Source: an uncultured Acidobacteriota bacterium
Lineage (GTDB): Bacteria; Acidobacteriota; Blastocatellia; RBC074
Reading direction: 5' to 3'
NCBI GenBank assembly: GCA_963796275.1
Contig: CAWCKY010000007.1
Coordinates: forward strand, 384,001 to 448,000
Length of the DNA: 64,000 bases
The notes beneath the pieces were generated by a model. It was not told the DNA's origin, searched no databases, and saw nothing but the letters and a program-made list of their open reading frames with translations. Below, one piece after another: positions 1 through 10,428 of the stretch; position 1 is the first letter of the stretch, and each line of letters opens with the position of its first letter. A program made the position numbers and the translations under genes.

Positions 1-1
1 G

Positions 2-298
2 ACGCAGATAGCCGGCGTTGACGGGCTTCTCAACTATATGCGGACGAAAGATGGTCAGGTTCGCCGGACGTTATCTTATAAAATGGTGGGATATGCGCTG
101 GGACGGTCGATCCAGTTGTCCGACATGCCGCTTATCGATCGCATGGTGAAAGCCGGCGGTGACGCTACCTTCTCGCGACTCGCGATGGAGATCGCCACCA
201 GCAGGCAATTCCGCAATCGTCTAGGGCGTAAAGGAGAAGCGACGCCAGTGAAGAAGCAAAGAATCGCGCATGTCGTGAATAACGCCCCGCGCGACTGA
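2..298 (+). CDS. C-terminal part of DUF1592/DUF1588/DUF1585 (PSD-family) protein, 5'-truncated by the window edge
   Basis: Frame is open from base 2. [15 protein letters not shown]...[17 protein letters not shown] resembles the DUF1585 terminal domain, and it sits directly upstream of a DUF1552 gene, the usual pairing. Confidence 0.75.
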   Translation, partial: TQIAGVDGLLNYMRTKDGQVRRTLSYKMVGYALGRSIQLSDMPLIDRMVKAGGDATFSRLAMEIATSRQFRNRLGRKGEATPVKKQRIAHVVNNAPRD

Positions 299-401
299 AA
301 CCGGCGCCTGGGGCGAATCATCAGCAGGTTAGACGACCTGCGGTACATTTTGCGAGGAAAATTCCATTGTCGCGTTACGATGCGCTTTTCAGAGGAGAAC
401 G

Positions 402-1760
402 ATGAACAATACGAAACAGACATCGCGGCGTCACTTTTTGCGGGGTGTTGGAGTCGCTCTGGCATTGCCATGGATGGAATCGCTTCCGCTCCTGGCGCAA
501 GAGAGCAAACAAGCGTCCACTCTGGCAAGCAATGCCGGCAAGCCGCCGCTGCGATTCGCTCACATCTTCTTCTCCAACGGCGTCGAACCCGCTCACTGGT
601 GGGCGAAGGGCCGCGGCGCTTCCATGGAGTTCGGGGCAGCCGCCCAACCGCTCGCCCCAATTCGCGAGGACCTGGTCTTCCTGCGCGGGCTATACAATCA
701 GAAAGCATTCTCATCCACCAGCCCTCACCTTGGCCGGATGAATCTGCTCTCCGGGGCGACGGTCAGTTTGGACCCGAAAGTCATACGTGTTGGAACATCA
801 TTCGATCAGGTGTTGGCCCAGCGCATCGGGAACCGCACCCAGTTGCCGTTTATGACGCTTGGAATCGAGCCGAATGAGTTGCGGCTTGAAGACGGGTTGT
901 CGATGATCTACGGTTCGTCCATCTCGTGGGTCTCTCCCACCAAACCCGCTACCAAGGAGATCTATCCGTCGCGGACTTTCGACCAACTGGTCGGTGATGG
1001 GAAGGGCCGGAATCTCGACCGGAGTATCCTCGATGCCGTTCTAGCAGAGGCGCACACGCTCCAGCCGAAGGTCAGCGCGGGGGATCGCAAGAAACTCGAC
1101 GAATACCTGGAGTCCGTCCGCGATATAGAGAAGCGTCTTGACCACGCATCCAGGGAAGAGCGCATGGAAGGTTGGCGTCCCACACTGCAACAGCCGAATA
1201 TGCCGCGTCCGGGAGACGCGGTTCCACAGAATATTCCGGAGCATATAAAGTTGATGCTCGACCTGATTGTCCTCGCGTTCCAGATGGACAAGACGCGTGT
1301 GATCACGCTGATGCTTAATAACGATCTGTCGCAGATGAACTTCAAGTTCCTGGACGGGGTGCGGGGTGCTCTGCACCTGGACCTGACTCATAACGGCAAA
1401 GCCCCCGAACTTGAAGCGATGTACCTGAAGACCAACCAGTTCCACGTGGAGCAGTTCACTTACCTCGTCAAACGGCTGAAGGAGATAGACGAGGGCGGAA
1501 CGTCGCTGCTCGACAACTCGATATTGATGTTCGCCTCCAGCCTCTTCGACGGTGACGCCCATAGCGCCGATCAACTGCCGATCGTTCTCGCCGGACGCGC
1601 CGGCGGCGCCGTGCAGACCGGAAGAATAGTGGACTACCTCGATAAGGGCGACGATAACCGCCGCGCCTGCAGCCTCTACCTGTCACTCATGGATTTGATG
1701 GGCCTGCGCCTGGAGAGTTTCGGCGATACCGATAAGCGGCTGGCAGGACTATTTAATTGA
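402..1760 (+). CDS. DUF1552 domain-containing protein
   Basis: RBS GAGGAG; Tat-like [20 protein letters not shown]; signatures [46 protein letters not shown]. Confidence 0.9.
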   Translation: MNNTKQTSRRHFLRGVGVALALPWMESLPLLAQESKQASTLASNAGKPPLRFAHIFFSNGVEPAHWWAKGRGASMEFGAAAQPLAPIREDLVFLRGLYNQKAFSSTSPHLGRMNLLSGATVSLDPKVIRVGTSFDQVLAQRIGNRTQLPFMTLGIEPNELRLEDGLSMIYGSSISWVSPTKPATKEIYPSRTFDQLVGDGKGRNLDRSILDAVLAEAHTLQPKVSAGDRKKLDEYLESVRDIEKRLDHASREERMEGWRPTLQQPNMPRPGDAVPQNIPEHIKLMLDLIVLAFQMDKTRVITLMLNNDLSQMNFKFLDGVRGALHLDLTHNGKAPELEAMYLKTNQFHVEQFTYLVKRLKEIDEGGTSLLDNSILMFASSLFDGDAHSADQLPIVLAGRAGGAVQTGRIVDYLDKGDDNRRACSLYLSLMDLMGLRLESFGDTDKRLAGLFN

Positions 1761-1838
1761 TAGTTGATAGTTTAGTTGATAGGTCGTATACACTGTGGCA
1801 ACAACTTATACGAATTATCAATTATCAATTATCAATTA
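1755..1838. repeat. Inverted pair of short heptamer tandem repeats (TTGATAG)n / (AATTATC)n between convergent genes
   Basis: aattgatagttgatagtttagttgatag ... aattatcaattatcaattatcaatt; may form a bidirectional terminator-like hairpin. Confidence 0.6.
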
Positions 1839-3418
1839 TAAGTAATGGCCCCGACGATGAACATCTCTTTGCCTTTCGATCTTGGATCTGCGTCATCTCT
1901 CGTTACTATTCTTACCGTATGCAGCCCTGGTTTTAGTCCATAGATGTGCCATAACGAGTCGTCGTTGGTTCGCTCGACGATGTAGAAGTCGAGCTCGCCT
2001 GCCTTCTTACCATCTAAATAGACATCGGCTCGGCCGCCTTTCTGCGAATGCGGCCCGACCAGAACCACCGCCGTGCCGGAAAAGCTGATCGTCGCTTCGG
2101 CGCCCGCGCTTTGGGTCATCTTTCCCTGGAGCTCTGTGCGATACTCGATCTTACCCTTTAGATCGGACCAGTCGCCTTTCCAACTCCACGCCGCATCGCC
2201 AGCGCCGATAATCTTCTGTGGCGTGCCCATACTCCATTGCTCCAGCTTGGCGGGTTTCGGGGCTTGATACGGGATGACAATCTCGGTGCCGGTTACTTCG
2301 CCGCCGACACTCTTGATCACTTTGAATGCTCGCTCCAGAGTTGACTGGTTGATTGTATTGAACGAGTAGTTGGTATAGGAGAATGTCTTATCTGCGATGG
2401 CGGGTATCCCGCTCTTCCACTCGTCGGGAATTTTGGCATAGCCTAACATAACCCCTAGAATGCCGGCCGCGCTTGCCGGATTACAATCCGAGTCCTGCCC
2501 GGCACGCACAGATATCTCCATCGTCTTCGAAAAATCGCCCTTGCCATAAAGCATGCCGAGCACGATATAGGCGCCGTTGAGCCTGGCATCGATATTAAAC
2601 GGCTGGAGCGCTCCCCCCGTACACGAATCGTCTTTATCCCACTTGTTCTGTATCAATTGCCAGGTCTTTCTCCAGTCATCCGGCTGTTGCTCCGACCATT
2701 TGATTACATCGCGGATGATCCGGGCGTATCCGCTTTCCGCCGGAATAGTCGCCAGACCATGCTCAACTACTCGCTTCACCTCCGTTTCGAAATAGGCTGC
2801 GGCGTACATCCCTGAAACGAACATGCCTCCGTAGAGGCCGTCGCCATAGTTCATGACACGCCCGACGCGGTCACAATACTTATTTGATTCCTGCGGTATT
2901 CCCGGAGTCATCAAACCGATAAAATCAGCTTCGATTTGAAAGTCGATATCGTTGGCGTGGATGTTGTACTTCGGGTGTCCAGACATCGGAGACTTTATGC
3001 CGCTGTTCAATAGTCGACGCGCCGCCGCGTTGGCATGCCAGAGACTATACTTCGTGTTCTTGAAGGCCTCCCCGTAATCTTCGGTTGTGGCGTCAAGGCC
3101 GAGTCGATCCATCACTTCGGCGAAAGTCATGTCAACGTAAAGATCATCCTGCTTGATGGCGTTCGCTATTCTCTCGGGTCCCCACGTCATGAAATTATGC
3201 AGGTTATCTTCTATGATTTTTCCGTTCGACCTGAATTCGGTCGGGGCGCCGAACGAGACGCCGATCATCTGTCCGGCCCACCCGCCGCGGATCTTGTCCT
3301 CCAGTACCTGGCGTGAGATCTTTCGTTCATGCCCATTCTGCCCCTTCTGCGCCAGCGAATTGCAACTGAGGACAATGGTGGTGAAAAGAAATATTGTCGT
3401 TATCTTCTGCTTACACAT
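1832..3418 (-). CDS. Secreted ADP-ribosylglycohydrolase (ARH) family protein with C-terminal beta-sandwich domain
   Basis: KIRGGWAGQMIGV, QDDLY, DIDFQIEAD, GQDSDCN motifs; ATG at 3418 preceded by AGGAGG; hydrophobic signal peptide. Confidence 0.8.
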   Translation of the reverse strand: MCKQKITTIFLFTTIVLSCNSLAQKGQNGHERKISRQVLEDKIRGGWAGQMIGVSFGAPTEFRSNGKIIEDNLHNFMTWGPERIANAIKQDDLYVDMTFAEVMDRLGLDATTEDYGEAFKNTKYSLWHANAAARRLLNSGIKSPMSGHPKYNIHANDIDFQIEADFIGLMTPGIPQESNKYCDRVGRVMNYGDGLYGGMFVSGMYAAAYFETEVKRVVEHGLATIPAESGYARIIRDVIKWSEQQPDDWRKTWQLIQNKWDKDDSCTGGALQPFNIDARLNGAYIVLGMLYGKGDFSKTMEISVRAGQDSDCNPASAAGILGVMLGYAKIPDEWKSGIPAIADKTFSYTNYSFNTINQSTLERAFKVIKSVGGEVTGTEIVIPYQAPKPAKLEQWSMGTPQKIIGAGDAAWSWKGDWSDLKGKIEYRTELQGKMTQSAGAEATISFSGTAVVLVGPHSQKGGRADVYLDGKKAGELDFYIVERTNDDSLWHIYGLKPGLHTVRIVTRDDADPRSKGKEMFIVGAITYN

Positions 3419-3623
3419 TTTGGTCCTCCTTAGAAATAGACGGGATTTCAGGATTTTCAGGATTATAAGGAACGTGTTGAATCTTGGAAAATCCGGCAAA
3501 TCTATTCCGAGACCTTCGCTTAGAAAGGTAGTTTAAGACTTAACTGCGCGACTCTCGGTTCCCTGGCTTCGGTAATTCGACTGAACTGACTATCTCCGCT
3601 CGTGCTGAAACCGGTGTCAATAG

Positions 3624-3900
3624 CCTCCGACCGCAGTTTTTTTCGCCAACAACCTCATGACGCTCGGAGCCCTGCAGGCTATCCACGAACGCGGGCTTTC
3701 AATCCCCGCTGAAATCGGCATAATCAGTTTCGCTGACATGTCGTGGGCGATCTCACTTCAACCGCGTTGACTGCCGTCGCCCATCCTACATACGAAATGG
3801 GAGCCACAGCCGCGGAATTGTTGCTGGCACGAATGCGCAGCCCGAACGCTCCGTCCGTCGTGTCGTCCTCAAAACCGAGCTGATGATCAGGGCTTATTGC
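3624..3900 (+). pseudogene. Remnant of LacI-family regulator (C-terminal sugar-binding part, frameshifted, no HTH)
   Basis: Translates PPTAVFFANNLMTLGALQAIHERGLSIPAEIGIISFADMSWAISLQP / LTAVAHPTYEMGATAAELLLARM / VVLKTELMIR across frame changes. Confidence 0.75.
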
Positions 3901-3913
3901 GGGAAAACGAGCG

Positions 3914-4873
3914 ATGCGGAAACTTCACACCTTTGAGATAGCTACCATAATTTTAATAGCCTTTGCGATGGGATTTGCCGGTTGCACGCGCCAACCTGTT
4001 GCGCCGGATAAGCCGCGCATAGCGCTCATTATGAAATCGCTCGCCAACGAGTTCTTCCAGACGATGGAGAATGGTGCCAGGGCTCACCAGAGGGAGAACG
4101 CAAGCGAGTACGAGCTGATCGCCAACGGTACCAAAGATGAGCAGGACGTGAGCAGGCAGATCGATCTGGTCGAACAGATGATCGCGCAGCGCGTCGCCGC
4201 GATAGTGATCGCTCCGGCCGATTCGAAGTCGCTGGTAGCAGTCTGTAAAAGAGCGCTGGATGCCGGCATTCCCGTCGTCAACATCGATAACAAATTTGAT
4301 GCCTCCGTTCTCGCCGATAAAGGGGTGAATATCCCATTCGTCGGCCCCGATAATCGCAAGGGCGCCAGGCTCGCGGGCGAGTACTTGGCGAGGCGGTTGA
4401 AACCGGGTGACCAGGTGGCTGTTATCGAAGGGGCACCCAATGCTTTCAACGGTGTCCAACGCCGGTTGGGTTTCGAGGATGCCATGAAGACTTCCCGCAT
4501 CGAGATCGCCAGCTCACAGTCCGGTTATTGGGAGACATCCCCGGCCAATCAGGTAGCTTCATCGATCATCACTGAGCAGCCGGATCTGAAGGCTATTCTT
4601 TGCGCCAATGATAATATGGCGCTGGGAGCGGTCGCAGCTCTCAGAGCGGCGGGGAGGTCGAAAGATGTCTTGGTCATCGGCTTTGATAATATCTCCGCCA
4701 TACAGCAATTGATCAAAGACGGGCAGATTTTGGCGACGGTAGATCAGCACGCCGACCTGTTGGCCGTCTACGGCATCGAGTATGCCCTGAAGATCATCGA
4801 GAACGGGGGCAGTAGCGCTCCCGCTGATCGCGAAACGCCCGTCGACCTGATCACATCTGAAAACCTGAAGTAA
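3914..4873 (+). CDS. rbsB: Sugar (ribose-type) ABC transporter substrate-binding lipoprotein
   Basis: Lipobox-like FAGC; KSLANEFF, AIVIAPADS, GPDNRKG, CANDNMALGA; operon with rbsA/C/K-like genes. Confidence 0.8.
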   Translation: MRKLHTFEIATIILIAFAMGFAGCTRQPVAPDKPRIALIMKSLANEFFQTMENGARAHQRENASEYELIANGTKDEQDVSRQIDLVEQMIAQRVAAIVIAPADSKSLVAVCKRALDAGIPVVNIDNKFDASVLADKGVNIPFVGPDNRKGARLAGEYLARRLKPGDQVAVIEGAPNAFNGVQRRLGFEDAMKTSRIEIASSQSGYWETSPANQVASSIITEQPDLKAILCANDNMALGAVAALRAAGRSKDVLVIGFDNISAIQQLIKDGQILATVDQHADLLAVYGIEYALKIIENGGSSAPADRETPVDLITSENLK

Positions 4874-4907
4874 GCAGCCCTGAAAAAATCTTGCGATTTT
4901 TTCATTT

Positions 4908-5000
4908 ATCGTTTTTCATTGTTCATTTTAGATTTGTCATTGGGTTCGCCCCGGTTCTTCAATGACAGATGTAAAATGAACAATGAACAATTAACAATGA
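4908..5000. repeat. Inverted short tandem repeat array (TTCATTG-like / CAATGAA-like)
   Basis: ttttcatttatcgtttttcattgttcatttt...aatgacagatgtaaaatgaacaatgaacaattaacaatga. Confidence 0.55.
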
Positions 5001-6532
5001 CACCAGCTCTTCTCCAAATCTCGGGCCTGAATAAATCTTTCTCAGCTTCCGTTAAAGCCCTCTCGGGCGTCGATTTTGATCTGAAGGCGCGCGAGATTCA
5101 CGCGATCGTCGGCGAAAATGGAGCGGGGAAGAGCACTCTATCGCGCATCATCGCTGGTATTGAGCAACCCGATGCGGGAGAGATGCGATTGCGGGGACAA
5201 CTCTTTTCACCCGCGAGCAGAGCCGACGCGGATCGCAGCGGCGTCCGAATGGTGATGCAGGAGCTCAACCTGATCGGGACTCTCACCATCGCCGAATCGA
5301 TCTTCATCGATCGAATGCCGCACCGATATGGCGTGATCGATTATCGCCGGCTGAACAGAGAGGCCAGAGAGGTGATGGAACATATCGGGCTGGGCGCGCT
5401 CGATCCTGCTCGACAGGTGCAATATCTCGGTGTCGGTCAGCAGCAGATGGTCGAAATAGCCGCCGGTCTTTCGCGCCGATGCGAGGTGCTCATTCTTGAC
5501 GAGCCGACAGCCGCACTCACCGGCATCGAGATCGACCTGCTCTTTCATCAGATCGAAAAACTGAAGGCCGCCGGCGTCAGCATCATTTATATCTCGCACC
5601 GGATGGAGGAGGTCCAACGGATCGCCGACCGCATCACGGTGTTGCGGGACGGGAAAATAGTCGCCACGCATCCCGCGCGGGAGGTCACAATCGATGTCAT
5701 CATCAAAGAGATGGTGGGGCGCGAGCTGAGTAGACTTCGCCCGCCTGTTGCCGGGCCGAAAGGAGATATCGCTCTGCGCGTCAGAGGGCTCAGCAGCGGA
5801 GAGAGGGTCAGGGATGTCAGCTTCGATCTGCACAGGGGAGAGATACTCGGATTCGCCGGTCTGATGGGCTCGGGACGCACTGAGACGATGCGCGCCATCT
5901 TCGGCGCCGACCGCGCGGAGGACGGTTGCATCTATCTCGGTAACTCGGAAACGCCGCTCAGGATACGCGGGCCGCGCGATGCCGTTCGCGCCGGCATTGC
6001 GCTGCTGACCGAGAATCGCAAAGAACAGGGTTTGCTTCTATCTCTCTCTCTGCGAGCCAACATCACGCTCGCGCGGCTTAAATATCTGGTCCGGTTCGGC
6101 TGGTTGAAACCCAGTATGGAGCGAGCGGTGGCGGGACGTTTAGCCATAAATTTAGGGGTGCGCGCCGCTTCGATTGAACAAAAGGCCAGTGAACTTTCGG
6201 GAGGGAATCAGCAGAAGATAGTCATAGCCAGATGGTTATTCCGCGATTCGGACATCCTCATCTTCGATGAGCCCACCCGCGGGATCGACATCGGGGCGAA
6301 GTTCGAGATATACCGGATGCTCCGAGAGTTGACGGAGAGAGGGAAGGCGATCATCGTCGTCTCCTCGGAGCTTCAGGAATTGATCGGCATCTGCGACCGC
6401 ATTGCAGTGATGTCGGCCGGCCGGTTAGCTGCGATCGTCGAGCGCGACCGATTCGATCAGGACGGCATAATGGTGCTAGCCCTGAGCGGATACATCGATA
6501 GCGGAAGGAATGCGAATGCGAGAGAAAGCTGA
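4997..6532 (+). CDS. rbsA: Sugar ABC transporter ATP-binding protein (two ABC domains)
   Basis: Walker A GENGAGKST, LILDEPT, second domain GLMGSGRTE, LSGGNQQK, FDEPTRGIDIGAK; start could also be 4976. Confidence 0.9.
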   Translation: MTPALLQISGLNKSFSASVKALSGVDFDLKAREIHAIVGENGAGKSTLSRIIAGIEQPDAGEMRLRGQLFSPASRADADRSGVRMVMQELNLIGTLTIAESIFIDRMPHRYGVIDYRRLNREAREVMEHIGLGALDPARQVQYLGVGQQQMVEIAAGLSRRCEVLILDEPTAALTGIEIDLLFHQIEKLKAAGVSIIYISHRMEEVQRIADRITVLRDGKIVATHPAREVTIDVIIKEMVGRELSRLRPPVAGPKGDIALRVRGLSSGERVRDVSFDLHRGEILGFAGLMGSGRTETMRAIFGADRAEDGCIYLGNSETPLRIRGPRDAVRAGIALLTENRKEQGLLLSLSLRANITLARLKYLVRFGWLKPSMERAVAGRLAINLGVRAASIEQKASELSGGNQQKIVIARWLFRDSDILIFDEPTRGIDIGAKFEIYRMLRELTERGKAIIVVSSELQELIGICDRIAVMSAGRLAAIVERDRFDQDGIMVLALSGYIDSGRNANARES

Positions 6533-7544
6533 TCTTGGAGAAAGGGAAGAGTTGAATCTGCCTGATGCGCCGGCGGGGGCGTTGGAGATTCCTGTCGATC
6601 GCAAGAGTCTTCTCAAGGCGATCCTCGCCGACTATCTGGGGATGGTGCTGGTTCTCTTAGGATTGATCCTCGTATTCAGTCTGATCACGAACCACTTCTT
6701 CACGCTGACCACGTTCAGAACGATAGCCAACCAGATTCCCGATGCGATCATAATCGCCACGGGTATGACCTTCGTCCTGATCATCGCGGGCATCGATCTC
6801 TCGGTCGGGTCCGTGCTCGCATTATCGAGCACCGTACTCGGCGTCTGTCTGGTGGACCTCAAGCTGCCCCTGCCGATAGCGATAGCCGCCTGTCTATGCA
6901 CAGGTCTGATCTGCGGCGCAGTGAACGGGCTGGTCGTGTCGCGCTGGGCGCTCCCTTCGTTCATCGTTACTTTGGGTATGCTGGAGATCGCCCGCGGGGC
7001 GGCATACCTGACGACGAACTCTCAGACGAAATATATCGGGCCGGCGATCGAATCGATCTCCGAGACATCGATGTACGGCCTCTCGCTCCCATTCCTCGTC
7101 GCCTTACTCATCGTTCTCGCCGGACAGTTCGTTCTATCCCGCACTCTCTTCGGACGATACATGATAGCCGTCGGGACCAATGAAGAGGCGGTGCGTCTGT
7201 CGGGGATCGACCCTCGTCCGATAAAGATTGCCGTTTTTTCGCTCTGTAGTTTACTGGCATCAGTGGCCGCAGTAATTCACAGCTCGCGGCTCTCATCCGC
7301 AGATCCTAACGCCGGAGCAGCCTTTGAATTGCAAGCGATCGCTGCTGTGGTGATCGGAGGCACGAGCCTCATGGGCGGGCGCGGGTCGGTCGTCAGCTCC
7401 TTCTTCGGCGTGCTGATTATCGCCGTTCTCGGTACGGGACTCGCCCAGGTCGGCGCGCAAGAGCCGACTAAAAGATTGGTCACGGGCTGCGTGATCGTCG
7501 CCGCCGTGATTCTGGATTATTACCGGAACCGCTTGAACAAATGA
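6510..7544 (+). CDS. rbsC: Sugar ABC transporter permease
   Basis: GIDLSVGS, PSFIVTLGM, FELQAIAAVVIGGTSLMGGRGS; multiple TM segments. Confidence 0.9.
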   Translation: MRMREKADLGEREELNLPDAPAGALEIPVDRKSLLKAILADYLGMVLVLLGLILVFSLITNHFFTLTTFRTIANQIPDAIIIATGMTFVLIIAGIDLSVGSVLALSSTVLGVCLVDLKLPLPIAIAACLCTGLICGAVNGLVVSRWALPSFIVTLGMLEIARGAAYLTTNSQTKYIGPAIESISETSMYGLSLPFLVALLIVLAGQFVLSRTLFGRYMIAVGTNEEAVRLSGIDPRPIKIAVFSLCSLLASVAAVIHSSRLSSADPNAGAAFELQAIAAVVIGGTSLMGGRGSVVSSFFGVLIIAVLGTGLAQVGAQEPTKRLVTGCVIVAAVILDYYRNRLNK

Positions 7545-7548
7545 AAAT

Positions 7549-8526
7549 ATGAACACACAAATTGTGGTGGTGGGCAGTTTGAACGCCGATTACGTCATAA
7601 AGCTACCTCGGGTTCCCTTGCCGGGTGAGACTGTGACTGGAAGTAACTTTGATATCTACCCGGGAGGGAAGGGAGCCAACCAGGCATTTGCCGCGGCCAG
7701 GCTCGGCAGTCGCGTTTCGATGGTGGGGCAGGTCGGTAATGATTTGCATGCCGACGAGCTCAAAGGAAACCTCGAAAGCGCCGGAGTCGATACCACCTAT
7801 CTTCAGCGCGACACAAATGTCGCAAGCGGCATCGCGTTCATCTCCATAGATAGTAATGGCCAGAATCAGATTATTATCGTGCCCGGAGCAAATGGCACAT
7901 TTAGCGCTGAACGCCTGTCCACGTGTCAAGAATTGATCGCCGGCGCGCGCGTCGTCCTGCTGCAATTGGAAATCCCGATGGGCACCGTTCTCGCCGCCGC
8001 CCGATACGCCAAACGCGGGGGAGAGGAGCAAGCGATCGTCATCCTCGACCCGGCGCCCGCACAGGCGATTCCCGACGAGCTTCTCACGCTGGTGGATTAC
8101 ATCACTCCCAACGAGACCGAGCTCGCGATGCTGAATGGTGTCACACGCGAGGGCAATCTTGATCGCAATGAAGCTTCGCAGTTGGCACGCCGGTTGTTAT
8201 CGCGAGGAGCGAAGCGAGTGATCGTCAAATTAGGATCGCAGGGCGCTTTGCTGGTGGAAGAAGACTCTGAGCACTTTTGGCCGCCGGTGTCCGTTGTAGC
8301 GGTCGATACGACGGCCGCCGGCGACGCGTTCAACGCCGCTTTGGCCGTCGCGCTGGCAAAAGAGAAATCCGAGGTTGAGGCGGGAGAGTTCGCCGTAGTG
8401 GCAGCGGCATATTCAGTCACGCGCAAAGGCGCGCAGCCTAGCATGCCGACCTTGCCGGAGATTGAGAGTCTGTTGCGGGATGAATCACCACAAAAATCAC
8501 AAAAGGAACAAAAAGCGCAAAGTTGA
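7549..8526 (+). CDS. rbsK: Ribokinase (PfkB family)
   Basis: VVGSLNAD, GGKGANQA, ILDPAPA, TPNETE, DTTAAGDAFN. Confidence 0.92.
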   Translation: MNTQIVVVGSLNADYVIKLPRVPLPGETVTGSNFDIYPGGKGANQAFAAARLGSRVSMVGQVGNDLHADELKGNLESAGVDTTYLQRDTNVASGIAFISIDSNGQNQIIIVPGANGTFSAERLSTCQELIAGARVVLLQLEIPMGTVLAAARYAKRGGEEQAIVILDPAPAQAIPDELLTLVDYITPNETELAMLNGVTREGNLDRNEASQLARRLLSRGAKRVIVKLGSQGALLVEEDSEHFWPPVSVVAVDTTAAGDAFNAALAVALAKEKSEVEAGEFAVVAAAYSVTRKGAQPSMPTLPEIESLLRDESPQKSQKEQKAQS

Positions 8527-8644
8527 CTGCTTTGTGCCTTTGCAGCCTCTATCTGTTGCTCGATCGATACGACGGGTGTACGCTGGGCGAGTTTCGGCGA
8601 TGCCGACAAGCATCTTGCGGGGCTCTTATCGAGGTTGTGCAGCA

Positions 8645-10273
8645 ATGCGTCCTATCATCGCGTTGATAATCCTACTACTCGCCGCGTTGCCCGATCAGAT
8701 CGACCGTGCCGGCAGCGCCAAACCGATCTCCGCCGAAGTCGTCGTTTACGGCGGCACAAGCGCTGGGGTAATCGCTGCCGTTCAAGTCGCACGAATGGGC
8801 AAGTCTGTGGCCCTGATCGAACCGGGGCAGCACATCGGTGGGATGAGCGTTGAGGGGCTGGGCGGCTCCGATATCGATAACCATCAGGAGTTTCAGAACA
8901 GTCCGGCAGTGGGTGGTCTCGCACTGGAGTTTTATCGGCGCGTCAGCAGGCGTTACGGACGTTTGGAGAGGTTCGAAAAAGCGGTAGCCGCCCGGGCCAA
9001 AGAACCGTCGCTCTGGCGCTTTGAGCCGTCCGTCGCCGAAGCGGTATTCAACGAACTGGTTAGAGAACACGGCGTGCGGGTTTTCCTCAATCACCAGCTG
9101 TCTGAAGTAAAAGGCGTTGAGAAAGATGCCAAAACAAGACGTGTGGTAGCTATCCGCTGTAAGAATGGCGTGGAGTTTCGCTCATCCGTCTTCATTGACG
9201 CGACGTATGAAGGCGATCTGTTGGCGGGTGCCGGCATCAGCACCGTCATCGGGCGTGAGGGCAACTCGAAATACGGCGAGACGAAGAACGGTATTGGCGG
9301 CGAGAACACATATCGCCAGTTCGAAGTACGAGTCGACCCATACCGCATCCCCGGCGATCCGCGCAGTGGCTTAATCCCGACGATTCAGGATGAGCCGCTC
9401 GGCACGCCGGGCGAAGGCGATCATCGGATTCAGGCATATTGCTTCCGCTTGTGTCTGACGAAAATTCCGGCCAATCGCATCCCATTCTCCAAACCCGATA
9501 ACTTCGACACGGAACAATACGAAATCTACCGTCGATATGCCAAAGCCGGCGGAAGGCTGTGGAGACCGAACGCATCGTTGCCCAACGGTAAGACCGATCA
9601 GGGTAGTTGGCACGATCTGTCGGCCAATCTCTACGGAATGAACCACGCTTATCCGGGTGGCAGTTACGCCACACGCGAACGCATCTACCGCGAACACCTG
9701 ACGTTCACGCAAGGGCTGTGTTGGTTCCTGGCCAATGATCCCGAACTGCCGGAAGACGTGCGTCGCGAATGGGCGCAGTGGGGGCTGTGCAAGGATGAGT
9801 TTGAGGACAATGGCGGTTGGCCGCGCCGGTTCTATGTGCGCGATGCGCGCCGGATGGTGAGCGATTACATCATCACTGAACATCATACGCGCAAGACGAA
9901 TCAGGTTGCGGTGGCTGATCCGGTTGCCGTCGCCTTCTGGCCGCCCGATACGCATCACGTGAGACGCATCGTCCGCGACGGCGCGGCTTATAACGAAGGT
10001 TTCGTTTTCGGCGGCGACGACTGGTCGCCGTTCGGCGTGTCGTATCGCGCGCTCGTGCCCCGCGCATCGGAGTGCGTGAACCTGTTGACGCCGACCTGCC
10101 TGTCGTCAAGTCACGTCGGTTACGGCGCGATCAGACTGGAATGGACCTTTATGGCGCTCGGTCAATCGGCGGCGACTGCGGCGTGTCTCGCCATCGATGA
10201 CAACGTGCCGGTGCAACAGGTGAAGTACGCGAAATTGCGCGCGCGATTGCTGGCGGATAAACAGGTGCTATAA
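8645..10273 (+). CDS. Secreted FAD-dependent oxidoreductase (FAD_oxidored / xanthan lyase-associated type)
   Basis: Signal peptide from ATG 8645; VVVYGGTSAGVIAAVQ FAD-binding motif; FIDATYEGDL, YVRDARRM, SSSHVGYGAIRLE. Confidence 0.85.
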   Translation: MRPIIALIILLLAALPDQIDRAGSAKPISAEVVVYGGTSAGVIAAVQVARMGKSVALIEPGQHIGGMSVEGLGGSDIDNHQEFQNSPAVGGLALEFYRRVSRRYGRLERFEKAVAARAKEPSLWRFEPSVAEAVFNELVREHGVRVFLNHQLSEVKGVEKDAKTRRVVAIRCKNGVEFRSSVFIDATYEGDLLAGAGISTVIGREGNSKYGETKNGIGGENTYRQFEVRVDPYRIPGDPRSGLIPTIQDEPLGTPGEGDHRIQAYCFRLCLTKIPANRIPFSKPDNFDTEQYEIYRRYAKAGGRLWRPNASLPNGKTDQGSWHDLSANLYGMNHAYPGGSYATRERIYREHLTFTQGLCWFLANDPELPEDVRREWAQWGLCKDEFEDNGGWPRRFYVRDARRMVSDYIITEHHTRKTNQVAVADPVAVAFWPPDTHHVRRIVRDGAAYNEGFVFGGDDWSPFGVSYRALVPRASECVNLLTPTCLSSSHVGYGAIRLEWTFMALGQSAATAACLAIDDNVPVQQVKYAKLRARLLADKQVL

Positions 10274-10428
10274 GCGAGTCGGCACCTACTGGTGCCTCAG
10301 CGCCACCAATTGCTTCTCCTCCCAGAAGCTGGCTTATACTTGGCGCTTCCGAAAGAGCCAATTCTTGTGTTGGCGATAGGGAAAATGACGAAAGTCAGTA
10401 CTTCAACCCTCGAAGAAAAGGGGTCTCA

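Noticed and set aside
350-877. Alternate-frame ORFs overlapping the DUF1552 gene (and similar short overlapping ORFs throughout)
   Set aside because: They overlap well-supported genes and lack RBS or motifs
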